From: Asterionella formosa
Lineage: Eukaryota
Direction of reading: 5' to 3'
DNA length: 39,456 nucleotides
Assembly: GCA_002256025.1 (NCBI GenBank)
Contig: NKIB01014934.1
Span: forward strand, 1 to 39,456
Shown here: piece after piece, positions 1 to 10,090 of the stretch
Layout of the letters: each line of letters begins with the position of its first letter
Numbering within the stretch: position 1 is the first letter of the stretch
Made by a program: the position numbers and the translations under genes
The notes under the pieces: model-generated
What the model was told of the DNA's origin: nothing
Seen by the model: the letters and a program-made list of their open reading frames with translations, nothing else
Database searches by the model: none

Positions 1-513
1 ACGTAATATAGTGATGATCAGGAATGCATGCATGATACTCTGATCAAATAATGTACGTGATGTATTCAGATAATATATAGATATATTCAAGTAAGCATTT
101 TGATGTATTCAACTAATTCATGTGATCAATTCAAAATCAACTAGGCTTATTTACGTGATGGTCACTTCACGTAATACGCGGTTTAGATGGAAGAGAAAAC
201 AAGCCATACCCCTTGAGCCCCACTGCCTTTCCAGATCCATTAGCAGGGCTTTCCCTTGGTGTCCAGCAGACGGCAGAACCTCTGGATCTTTCCAGCCACA
301 AGCAGATATTATCATCTACTGTCATGTCTTCATCTTCTTCCCTTACCGAGCAAAGGAGATATTCTACTTCTTGGCTGAATAGTAAAATGATCGAAAGTCA
401 TTGTTTGCCTGAGAATCTCCTGATAGCATCATACTAGCCTGTTGTTAGGGACAGCACCCCTGCCTTTTGTAGCCAATAGTCGACTTTCTTTTTTTTCAGC
501 CAGCCAAGGTAAG

Positions 514-656
514 TATACATTCTGAACAGCCTTCACCATGTTGGTAATGGCTCAGTATGGGAGCTTTTCATTATAGTTGGCCTTATACGTTCTGAACAGC
601 CTTCACCACCATGTTGGTAATGGCTCAGTATGGGAGCTTTTCATTATAGCTGGCCT
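514..656. repeat. Direct tandem duplication (70 bp + 73 bp)
   Basis: 514-583 (tatacattctgaacagccttcaccatgttggtaatggctcagtatgggagcttttcattatagttggcct) is repeated at 584-656 with an extra 'cac' and two substitutions. Confidence 0.95.
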
Positions 657-1594
657 TGATTGCTTCAAGTGCAGGTTCTGTAACAATGCCTGTCTCCTTG
701 TTCTTGATGTTGGAAGCTCGACTTCTTCTTCTCTTTCGAATGGCGGTACTGGTTTGCGTGATAACTGTGCACTGTTTTTCATATTTTGTGGACTGGCAGA
801 TACATATATTTCAAAATCCTCAATCAGATACTATAGGTGTGCTCATATCATTTGTCATAACTGTACAATTCAATACCAGAACAAAATTTATATGGTTGCG
901 AATGTGGTTAATGTTCAGATACTAATCAAATCATTTTAAAAATATTTGTATGTATTGTTGTATATATTATATGACCATGAGGACTCCAAACTTACCCTAA
1001 TCCGTGTTCTCCATTTTTTGGTCGATTCACTATTTCTGGCTATCTATTGAGATGAACAAGAACTGACTCCAAATCTCAAACTAAATACTTAGATGACTAG
1101 CCTTCATGCTCAGGAAGGAGATAGAACTCTCAGAATTTACAATTATTTGTAAGTTTTGATAGCAAAACGTATTATTCTGCGTTCGATGGGTCACAACAGC
1201 TCAAAAATATTCTCAATGGGTCATGGCAGATTTTTCTGGTTGTCTACCAGTACTAATTATCCACCTCTCCTCTTTCCTTCACGTGTTGTTGGCTATTACT
1301 ATTCCAGCAAACTGTGGCAATTTTGCTGTAAGTTATGCATGCTCAATACCAAAAGATATTTCTCAATGAAAATTGTAAAGAATATTTGACATTATTAGTT
1401 TCAGCTGCTGTTTGGTGGCTATTTCAGCTTGCTTGGTGCTTGCAATATCTTCCAGTCATACTTGTTGGCTTTTGCACCCTTCCTCTTCCCTTATTCTTTC
1501 TTTTATCAGGTCAAAATTTCTTTTATCACTACTACATAATATAATCAACTAGCATTATAAAAGCACTATAAGTATGATTGTCTTTGTCTGTTTC

Positions 1595-2848
1595 CTAACT
1601 CAAAAGAAGGCCTACTGATATTGGTTCTTGGCAGTATGGACAAGTTCCAATTATTCGATCAAAGGATTTTCTGGCCATGGGCAAGGATTGAAGCCATTCA
1701 CGCAAACAGCTGCTATGATAGAAACGTCCACATGCATCATTGTCGCATGGCTCTGATGGGAACTCCACATCAAGTACTCTGCAATAGCAAATGGCACAGT
1801 CCATGACAGTGATTTCCGACAATATGTTTTGTTCAAATACAAGAGTTGGGGTTAACTTAACTTGAATGGCCTTCTCCAAGTTTTCCTTGACTGACAAATC
1901 ACCCAACCAAAGGTAATTGTTGTATAGTTCTTCCATAATGCGACGTTGACCTCCGATGAATTGACAAGCTTTGGGGAAGCATGTGAATGGATCCAAAGTC
2001 AATAGTATGGAAGTATTTGTTCGAGGAATCTGAATATAGCGTTCAAATGGAACGTCGCTGTTTGGCTGTTCCAAAATTTCACAACATACATCCAACGCTT
2101 CCAGTTCCTGGTACGCTCGTTGTTGTTGTTGAACCACATTTACAAACTGTTGAAAGATTTCACATATTCGGATGCTTCCCCAATCTGGTTTCCAGTCCCC
2201 CCACAAAATTGCGTGCTTTGAATTTGGGGTAATATAAGGAACTACCTTATTGAGATTGAGCTTGAGTGAATGTTTTCGGCCAGTCATTGGATCCATGTGC
2301 TGCAAGGTTAGCAGGTGCATGTCGTGCGATAAAAACTGTATGGACGATTGTCCACAGGTACACTCCAACTCTTCCAATTGCTGCTGTAGATCAATCAATT
2401 GCTCTGGAGACCATTCCTGTTCTGGTTCCTCAATGACTTGTGCCCGTTCTCGAATGAGGACATTCATGAGTTCACGAAAGATAGCACTGCACTGTTCGAT
2501 GAACGCCAATAATGGCACCTTTGGACAGTCCTTGAATGATAACAATGCTCCTTCTTGAGTTGCTACTGCCAAAAGTCGTTCCTTGAGATCAGTTCTTAGT
2601 GGATACGGTACTTCGGTAAGACATAGGTCGAGCGTAGAAGTATTCGCCAATGCTGATGCTGATGCAGATGCAGATGCAGATGCAGATTCTGATGGATCTG
2701 CCAGTAACAATGATGATAGTGTGAATGGATCGTCGTCATTCTCATTTGCCCTTGCTGTCAACACAAATATTCCAAAGTCATTTGCGTCTAAGCAACACTT
2801 TGGGATTGGATCAATCTCGATCAAGAGCACTGGGTTACTCGTCATCAT
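1595..2848 (-). CDS. FANCL: E3 ubiquitin-protein ligase FANCL (Fanconi anemia core complex), ~417 aa, intronless
   Basis: C-terminal FANCL-type RING: CAICY...CDNDACGRFYHSSCLREWLQSLPMARKSFDRIIGTCPYCQEPI. It is preceded by a UBC/RWD-like region (ELEALDVCCEILEQP...FERYIQI...LTLDP...FIG). The ORF track starts at a TTG (2866); the first in-frame ATG is at 2848. Confidence 0.88.
   Translation of the reverse strand: MMTSNPVLLIEIDPIPKCCLDANDFGIFVLTARANENDDDPFTLSSLLLADPSESASASASASASALANTSTLDLCLTEVPYPLRTDLKERLLAVATQEGALLSFKDCPKVPLLAFIEQCSAIFRELMNVLIRERAQVIEEPEQEWSPEQLIDLQQQLEELECTCGQSSIQFLSHDMHLLTLQHMDPMTGRKHSLKLNLNKVVPYITPNSKHAILWGDWKPDWGSIRICEIFQQFVNVVQQQQRAYQELEALDVCCEILEQPNSDVPFERYIQIPRTNTSILLTLDPFTCFPKACQFIGGQRRIMEELYNNYLWLGDLSVKENLEKAIQVKLTPTLVFEQNILSEITVMDCAICYCRVLDVEFPSEPCDNDACGRFYHSSCLREWLQSLPMARKSFDRIIGTCPYCQEPISVGLLLS
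2651..2687. repeat. Coding hexanucleotide microsatellite (GCWGAT)n encoding poly(Ser-Ala) in FANCL
   Basis: tgctgatgctgatgcagatgcagatgcagatgcagat; translates to SASASASASASA on the minus strand. Confidence 0.9.
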
Positions 2849-3192
2849 ATCCGTTTTCGCCGTCAAGTTTCACCATTTTCAACATGGCTGTGGTGGAAGA
2901 ACACAGTTTACCACAGCAGTTGTAAAATGATATGTACCGGTGTTCTTTCGTCGCGATACGATTCATGGTGCTAAACCAGAGCGCGCATTTCGAAGTTTCT
3001 CTTTGCTTCTTGACGCGGGCTGCAATATTCCTATGTATACCGCCCGCCACAGCCTACCCGGTACTCCAACACAGCTTGTTACTAATAATGCATGCCTGAT
3101 AAAAGTAACATGTAAATTACTACGACAGCATACTAAATGGCAAAATAATATTACCGTCACTGTTATTTATCATCAGAGACGAATCGTTCACC

Positions 3193-4669
3193 ATGGCGAC
3201 CGCAGCAGTACTAGCTATGCCTACCATGGTGAGTCATAATTGTTCCCCTTGATGTCTCTGCGACCGTTGTCGTAAAATGAAACACCGATCACTCCTGGTT
3301 TGCACAGCGCAGCAGCAATATCATGTCAGACAATCAGAGGTAGAAGTGAATTGGAACTCCCAACCGTTTGCACGATTCTGTCTGTTGTGTTTGTTTGTTT
3401 TATCTGTCTTTCTCTCGCACACACACACACACACACACACTCACTCACTCACGTTGCTGATCATACTTCATACTTTCAAAGGCTGTGGAATCAGCTCCTC
3501 CCAAGGTAGAGACCGAAGAAGAAGAAGTCGATCTGTACCGCGAGATGAAGTCGTTGGAGCAGCAGCTGGAGTTCGTGGAACTTCAAGAGGAATACCTCAA
3601 GGATGAAATGCGCCATTTGCAAAGAGAGTTATTGCGCGCAAAGGAAGAGATTCGTCGAATCCAGTCGGTGCCGTTGGTCATTGGACAGTTTAACGAAATG
3701 ATCGATGCCAATTATGGGATTGTGTCGAGTACAGCAGGCAGCAATTACTACGTACGTATTCTTAGCACGTTGGACCGGGAACTGCTCAAGCCCAACACGA
3801 GTATTGCGCTTCACAGGCACTCGCATTCTGTTGTGGATATTCTGCCGCCCGAGAGTGACTCGACGGTCAAGCTAATGACGGAAAAACCAACTGTCACATA
3901 CAAGGATATTGGAGGGATGGATATTCAGAAGCAAGAAGTCAGAGAAGCCATTGAGCTACCTCTCATTCAGCATCATCTATATCAACAAATCGGTATCGAT
4001 CCACCTCGTGGGGTATTGCTATACGGACCTCCTGGCACTGGAAAGACAATGATGGCCAAGGCCGTTGCCAATGCCACGGCTGCTACATTCATCAGTATGG
4101 TGGGATCAGAATTCGTCCAAAAGTACTTAGGAGAAGGACCACGTATGGTCCGTGACGTCTTTCGTTTGGCTCGGGAGAACTCGCCATGCATTGTCTTTAT
4201 TGATGAAATCGATGCCATCGCGACCAAGCGTTTCGATGCTCAGACTGGAGCCGATCGAGAAGTTCAACGGATTTTATTAGAACTCTTGAATCAAATGGAC
4301 GGCTTCGACCAAACAACCAATGTTAAGGTCATTATGGCCACCAATCGGGCGGACACGCTGGACCCTGCCCTCTTGCGTCCTGGACGTCTCGATAGAAAGA
4401 TTGAGTTTCCAAACCCAGACCGCCGCCAGAAACGCATGGTCTTTCAAGCCGCAACAAACAAGATGAATTTGAGCGATGAATTGGATTTGGAAGACTATGT
4501 CAATCGGTCGGAAAAGGTTTCTTGTGCTGATGTGTCGGCCATTTGCTCTGAAGCTGGATTGCAAGCTGTTAGAGAAAATCGGTATGTTGTTTTGCCCAAG
4601 GATTTTGATACGGCATACAAAAAGGTTGTCAACAACCGAGACAAAGAGTTTAGTTTTTACAGCATGTAG
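3193..4669 (+). CDS. RPT3: 26S proteasome AAA-ATPase subunit RPT3 (regulatory subunit 6B); exons 3193-3228 and 3482-4669, ~407 aa
   Basis: Walker A GPPGTGKT, Walker [12 protein letters not shown]3-type motifs [11 protein letters not shown] and [23 protein letters not shown]. The ORF-track start is a GTG. An upstream exon [12 protein letters not shown] ends at ATG|GTGAGT (3228/3229) and splices in phase 0 to the acceptor ctttcaaag|GCT (3481/3482), with a branch-like gctgatc just upstream. Confidence 0.95.
3418..3452. repeat. (CA)n / (CTCA)n microsatellite inside the RPT3 intron
   Basis: cacacacacacacacacacacactcactcactcac. Confidence 0.95.
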
Positions 4670-4888
4670 TACAAGCAGATCTGAGCATATACTTCCAAGG
4701 GCATGGCATTCAAGCAAAAGTAATCAAGTTTATGGGGGTTTATTTCTTCAATCATGAGGCACTTAGTCTAGTCCATGCTCCGTATAAGGCCATTACACTG
4801 GCTACTATAGGGACTAGATGTCAGTCACAGCGTAATACTGTCATGTGATGTATCATTTGTCAGCAATAATGAAAATCCAATGCGATTA

Positions 4889-6958
4889 TTATAGCAACTT
4901 TAACGCTTTGTCGATGATAGCCAGCGCTCCTAACGCGTCATGTTCCTTGGAGACCCTCTCAACATCTTGTGCATCCATCTTTCCAACTGCTCCCCAGAAA
5001 CGCTTGACTCTGGCAATATTGTACTCACTTTCCTTCACAGGATCAGTTCTTTGAGGGAAGGTATCAAAGTAAAAGTGGCCCTTATAGTCTATTCGTTTGA
5101 GTTGGTAGATGATCTCCAAAGCCATGGAGGGATGGACGGATCCAAACATCAAACCATCTTCAGCTGCTAACCGAGTGTACCCATCGTTGAGCTGAATACC
5201 AAAGACCTTATTGCCTGCCATGGCAATCGACTGACCTGGATTCTCTCCACTCATGAGCATATGACCAACATCAAGCGTAAGACCCATGTTGCTACGATCA
5301 ATTTCCTTTACTAACAACAAGGCTGCACCTGTGGAGGGAACGGTAAAGAATCGGGTGTTTTCGTCCGTGGGTTTGTACTCAAGTGAAAACTTGATATCGG
5401 GAAAAGCATCACAACACTCTCGAAAGGCATGCACTAACTGTTCCCACTTGTCGTCATAGTTGACTTGAAAGGGGTAATCATAGCCATCATATGCACTCCA
5501 CACAACCACTTCGTTACAACCCAACTCACGAGCTACCATGGCTGCTTCTTTGGTCAAGGCAATCGCTTCTCGGCGGAATTCTTCCTCGGGATGATTCATA
5601 GCACCTCGGGCAAATTTGGATGGATATCGCAAACAAACTGCGCCAGCAACTAATCCCGCATCATCCAACGCAGCTTTAGCGTCGGCACTAGACCACGTCA
5701 GAAAGTGCTGAGGGTAATTGAAATCGACGCAGGTCAGGCCCTTGATTGTTGCTTGACGTTTGACATAGTCACTGGGGTCCTTCAATGACTCTGACCAAAG
5801 TTCTGGTCTATCCTTCATTGAGTTCAATCGAGACCCAAACAAAAAGGGGAATGACTTCTCCTTACCACCTCGTGGAATATTCAATACACTTTCCTGGATC
5901 GATTTGTGACATTTTTCTTCCACTTCCGCTCTGGAGGGCGTTGACGGAACAGCTCCTTTCTTGGTTACCGCACATGACCCTGCAGCACTAGCAAAAGCCA
6001 AACACTCTGGCAATGACCTTTTCTCCAAGAGACTGACACAGAAGGCAGCACGGAAACAATCACCGGCACCTGTCTCATCAACGACGTCTGACACCGGAAA
6101 GGCTGATTGAGTCACTACATTGCCATCTGTTGTAACTAATGTTGATCCTTTTGAACCTCGTGTTACCAATACATTATGGGCTCCGTGTTTTTGAAGGAGC
6201 TTGGCATATTGAACAATGGTGTTGTTGTCATCACTGATGGATACGTTATCATTGCCGAGACTCTGAAGTAGTCGAACGAGTTCTGATTCATTCGGGACAA
6301 GATAATCACAAACTTGTAACATTTCTTTCGAAATAGAACGATCTTCTCCGCCAACGTCTTGCACGACCAAGATATTTCGTTTCTTGGCTTCGGTCGCAAT
6401 GAGTAGGTTCACGTATTCAGGTACTTCCCGTTGCAGCATGACACATGTCTTGTCCGACAGGAGAGCATCCAGATCCACTATTGCACTGCTATCATCTTTC
6501 CAGTGCTCCTCCCAATCTGACCAACCTCCCGCATTAGATCCTCCGCTGACGACAGCACTGACCGTCCCATCTTTGGTAATAAACACATATCCCCGCCCGC
6601 TTGGTAAATGGTGGTGAGTGCCACAATGTGTGATATCCACATGAGCATCTTCCAGAGCTTGTTTCAGAACATCTGCAGCTGCGTCATTCCCAAATTGACC
6701 AACAAACGTAACTGTTTCCCTGGACAGCTTACTGGCTGCCACCGCTTGCGTGCATCCCTTCCCGCCGGGTATATCCACATCGGGGTGACACTTGTCATCT
6801 CGTAAACCAATATTTTCACCATCCTTCGGTAAGCGAGCCACAGGCAAAAACGTGTCGGCGTTGATACTTCCTACTACGAGAATGGAAGCGTGGGTGGTAC
6901 TTGGGATAAGCAAGAAAGCAAGGAGCTGACACCAAAAATAAGAGAGGCGCATCGTCAT
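4889..6958 (-). CDS. Signal peptide + PfkB ribokinase-like domain fused to a xylose-isomerase-family TIM-barrel sugar isomerase, 689 aa
   Basis: Hydrophobic N-terminus ending ...PSTTHA|SILV. PfkB motifs: ILVVGSINAD, PGGKGCTQAVAASKL, FVGQFGND, PNESEL, DETGAGDCF. C-terminal half: SRLNS, VDFNYPQH, DGYDYPFQ, SLEYKP, LDVGH, QLNDG, DGLMFGS, YFDTFP (xylose/rhamnose/apiose isomerase-like metal sites). Confidence 0.88.
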   Translation of the reverse strand: MTMRLSYFWCQLLAFLLIPSTTHASILVVGSINADTFLPVARLPKDGENIGLRDDKCHPDVDIPGGKGCTQAVAASKLSRETVTFVGQFGNDAAADVLKQALEDAHVDITHCGTHHHLPSGRGYVFITKDGTVSAVVSGGSNAGGWSDWEEHWKDDSSAIVDLDALLSDKTCVMLQREVPEYVNLLIATEAKKRNILVVQDVGGEDRSISKEMLQVCDYLVPNESELVRLLQSLGNDNVSISDDNNTIVQYAKLLQKHGAHNVLVTRGSKGSTLVTTDGNVVTQSAFPVSDVVDETGAGDCFRAAFCVSLLEKRSLPECLAFASAAGSCAVTKKGAVPSTPSRAEVEEKCHKSIQESVLNIPRGGKEKSFPFLFGSRLNSMKDRPELWSESLKDPSDYVKRQATIKGLTCVDFNYPQHFLTWSSADAKAALDDAGLVAGAVCLRYPSKFARGAMNHPEEEFRREAIALTKEAAMVARELGCNEVVVWSAYDGYDYPFQVNYDDKWEQLVHAFRECCDAFPDIKFSLEYKPTDENTRFFTVPSTGAALLLVKEIDRSNMGLTLDVGHMLMSGENPGQSIAMAGNKVFGIQLNDGYTRLAAEDGLMFGSVHPSMALEIIYQLKRIDYKGHFYFDTFPQRTDPVKESEYNIARVKRFWGAVGKMDAQDVERVSKEHDALGALAIIDKALKLL

Positions 6959-7130
6959 CCTAGTCCTGCAATCCTAACAATAATACGATACACTGATGGC
7001 TGGGACAGGCGCATAATCAGCATGAATGAAGATTTTGCGGATCTGTTCATGGGCTTTTTGTGTCGTACGTACCGGTAGCTAAATACAAGTGTTACAAGTT
7101 GCAAGTATCCATAGTCCATAGTACCAAGAA

Positions 7131-7152
7131 CCTGGTACCTGGTACCAGGTAC
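7131..7152. repeat. Short array of the 7-bp unit CCTGGTA/TACCAGG (palindromic cluster) in the divergent promoter region
   Basis: cctggtacctggtaccaggtac; similar arrays occur near 24138, 35543 and 38410. Confidence 0.85.
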
Positions 7153-7526
7153 TGAACTTCTTAATGGCTGTTTATATTCTCGATATTATCAAACAATTAC
7201 ATGTTGCATGCCGGTATGTAGTAAAAATCCATGATGACATGCCGAGAAACGCGTACGTGTTCAGACTGGAAATATCAATCAGTATTCTTTCATTCTACCC
7301 AGTACATACTTAGCTCATACTCCCTGGTACTGCCATGTACCTTACTCCTCCCCCGCAAGAATTATGTGTTGTATGTTGCTTCAACATGCATCATTTCAGT
7401 GATGCAGTTTGTGCTTCTGTTGACCTGCCTCTAATCATATCGTTACTATTCTTCATAATAGGGGTAGCATATGTTTGTATAATAGTCTTATCACTATTAT
7501 AGCACACACTCTAGAACCCAATCGAC

Positions 7527-8414
7527 ATGACACTCTCGCTTCGCCTGTGCCTCGTCACAGTCCTTCTTTCTGCAGTAACTTGCTTCCGTCCTCAAGTTTC
7601 GTTTGTGGTTCGATCCACAACATTGCATGGAACCACACTCGAGTCGCCACCGCCTGCTGCAGTCGACAAAGTAGTTGTCCTTCCCGATGCAGCGGCTGTG
7701 GGCCACAAAATTCGGGACATTGTCGTATCCGCCGCCAACACTGCCATTGCCGAACGAGGATCATTTGCTTTGGCCATTCCTGGAGGTAGCATTTTGAAAA
7801 TGCTGGTGGGTGATGACATTCTTGGCGATTGGACCTCCAAAACAACCATTGCCTATGTCAATCATAAATGTGTGGACATGACCGATGCCACATTGGCAAC
7901 ACATGCCAAGGCCATGTCTCTCTTCATGGGAAAATGGGAAGGGTGCAATCCCATTGTTATGGATGGAACCAGCAATGGCGATGCAGAAGCGGCTAGTTAT
8001 GAACGGCAACTCAAGGGCCTTTCAGAGTCGGTTCTTCCGCGTGATGACAAAGGAATGCCAGTGTTTGACTTGGCCTTGATTGGAGTTGGAGATGACGGAC
8101 ATATTGGGTCTTTGTATCCTGGACGTGAGGAGGTTTTGGAAACGGACGCATGGGTCATTCCTGTTGCCATGAAGTCTCCTCCCTCCATTACATTGAGTTT
8201 GCCAGTCATGGCTAATGCGAAGCAAGTGGTGGTGGCAGCATGTGGCGTGAGTGATAAGTATCCACAAGGCAAGTCAGCTGGTATGCAACGAGCCGTTGTG
8301 GCAAAAGGAGAAACACTCAAAACGTTCCCTGCGGTGGGTCTTCGAGCCGTAGCTACTTGGGTTATGGATGAAGCAGCGGCTTCCAAACTCGGGGATGCAT
8401 ATACGTCCAAATAA
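7527..8414 (+). CDS. PGL: 6-phosphogluconolactonase with bipartite plastid-targeting presequence, 295 aa
   Basis: Motifs AIAERGSFALAIPGGS, PVFDLALIGVGDDGHIGSLYP, KSPPSITLSLPVM and WVMDEAAASKL. The N-terminus MTLSLRLCLVTVLLSAVTC|FRPQVSF is a signal peptide with Phe at +1, followed by a Ser/Thr/Arg-rich transit peptide. Confidence 0.9.
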   Translation: MTLSLRLCLVTVLLSAVTCFRPQVSFVVRSTTLHGTTLESPPPAAVDKVVVLPDAAAVGHKIRDIVVSAANTAIAERGSFALAIPGGSILKMLVGDDILGDWTSKTTIAYVNHKCVDMTDATLATHAKAMSLFMGKWEGCNPIVMDGTSNGDAEAASYERQLKGLSESVLPRDDKGMPVFDLALIGVGDDGHIGSLYPGREEVLETDAWVIPVAMKSPPSITLSLPVMANAKQVVVAACGVSDKYPQGKSAGMQRAVVAKGETLKTFPAVGLRAVATWVMDEAAASKLGDAYTSK

Positions 8415-8984
8415 GATAACATTCATTGTTGCATGGTCTAATAATTTGTAAGATTTTCCATCTTGTAATACCAAGAAATATGGAGAGTTCCTACATTCCT
8501 ATTTGTTTTCCTGTAAGTTTCGGGGAGAAACACTATCTGGCATAATTCGCCTTTTACCGAAAATGGCTGCAGACACAAACAGAGATAGATTGACCTTGGA
8601 AGACAGAATAAACACGCAACTGATGCTTGGTGAGTTTTCCTACATTTTAGGCAATCATCACTTAATGGACCTAGCAGTTCAGAGTTCCATACTCCAAATG
8701 TATCGTTTCTGTTGTCCTATCATGTAAATCTGCTACCGGCATACAATTATTCCACCTTGTTCTGTTGATACTGGCATGTTGTAGACTCACGAGGGTAATA
8801 ATAGTATATCTATACCGGTAGTCTCAAAGTTCGCTTGTAGTATGAAAACGAGGTTAAGAAGCGTTTGCTATTTGGTCATCCATACATATAACAAATGCCC
8901 CAAATACTGTACCTCTCAACATATTTTGGTATAATATCCCAGAAATACTTACCTATATTGACTATAAATAATATGAATACTAGT

Positions 8985-9418
8985 ACAGTATGAGTAGTTG
9001 CCAATCCCAGAATGTGACAATCTCCATTCCACTGCTAACGAAGTGCCTCCCACGGAGCTTTTAATTAGTGGAACATCTTCATCAAAGAAATTTCCCATAA
9101 CGTGTCAAATTCCAGTTCTGGACCAAAATAATAATATCGAAGAATCCATATCCAATGGTGAGGCCACCAAATCTTCCACTTGGAAATTCAGAAATGAACA
9201 CATCGTCCCGAATGACCCATCAACCGTCCGTCTGTCGAAGATGTTGATAAGTTGGAGCCGTCGTTGGATCGTTAAGCAACTCTGTCAGATGCACTCCAGA
9301 ACCTGATCCAACCATGTTGCTGCCAAGCCAAAACGAAGATCTGCACCAGTTTGGCATCAGCTAATTTTGCGGCCAAGGTGGAGCAAAGGAAAATGAACAT
9401 GTTAATAATAGCCTTCAT
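8985..9418 (-). pseudogene. 5' half of a secreted SASA/SGNH (sialate O-acetylesterase-like) carbohydrate esterase pseudogene
   Basis: Manual translation from ATG 9418: MKAIINMFIFLCSTLAAKLADA-KLVQIFVLA[fs]SNMVGSG...HLTELLNDP...YQHLRQTDG*WVIRDDVFI...GGLTIGYG[fs]FGPELEF[fs]HVMGNFFDEDVPLIKSSVGGTSLAVEWR...SGIGNYSYC. This matches the FxLAGQSNMxG, FGPE and IKxAxGGxSL blocks of the family, with three frameshifts and one stop. Confidence 0.8.
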
Positions 9419-9683
9419 ATTGAGGTGGGCGAGAGCGGTGAATACTTTGCTCAGCAATCCTGTTGCATATAGCAAACGAAATTGCTGGGTCTAATTCATG
9501 CATTCTTTCTGCCAATCACAACCACAAAATATTCTGTAGCACATCATGAATCATTGCTATCATGTATCATGTCATTAAAAGATTCTCAATCAACAAAGAA
9601 AACGCAAGCAACGCATATGTTGAATCATGTTGGTTCACATTTGAATCGATTCATCAAAACCAATGAAAGTCTTGACGTTGTTG

Positions 9684-10090
9684 ACTGTCTTCCATATAGA
9701 TCACTGGAGTATGTTCAATTGTACATAGATACAGTGGCAAGGGTTCAAGATACTCTGGAAAACCTTGTGAAACTTAATGATACATATGGACTGACTGTAT
9801 GCTCCATGGGAACATTTGGTTCCAAGGATTCAACGATGTGATTGATCCGTCCAAGGCAGCCAAGTATGGTCCTAACCTCATCAATCTTATTCATGACATA
9901 CACGTAGATCTGGATACTCCTAGAACACCCTTTATCATTGGAGAACTTGGGATGCAAGGAGTGCATCCAGATCCACTGGCAAGCAACAGACACCTCAACT
10001 TTTGGAGGACACAAAGAAGTGTTGCCTACTGGTATATGCCCAAATTTCGAAATGATACCATATACGTCAAAACGAGTCCAAATGTCAAAT
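9684..10090 (+). pseudogene. 3' half of the same SASA/SGNH esterase pseudogene, on the opposite strand
   Basis: CLPYRSLEYVQLYIDTVARVQDTLENL...[fs]GNIWFQGFNDVIDPSKAAKYGPNLINLIHDIHVDLDTPRTPFIIGELG...FWRTQRSVA...FRNDTIYVKT. WFQGxND and PFIIGELG are SASA-family motifs. The 3' end is degraded and its boundary is approximate. Confidence 0.8.

Noticed and set aside
148..176. Small imperfect inverted repeat (ttacgtga...tcacgtaa)
   Set aside because: Only an 8-bp stem with no partner terminus or target-site duplication; could be chance.
514..656. Repeat considered as CRISPR-like or LTR
   Set aside because: Only two directly abutting copies with no spacers, in a eukaryotic context with no cas or retroelement genes.
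3277..3606. 109-aa and 69-aa ORFs with His-Thr repeats upstream of RPT3
   Set aside because: They lie in the RPT3 intron and overlap exon 2 out of frame; the HTHTHT run is just the (CA)n microsatellite.
9482..9841. 119-aa ORF as an independent gene
   Set aside because: It has a non-ATG start and is a chimera of inverted upstream DNA and the start of the esterase 3' half.
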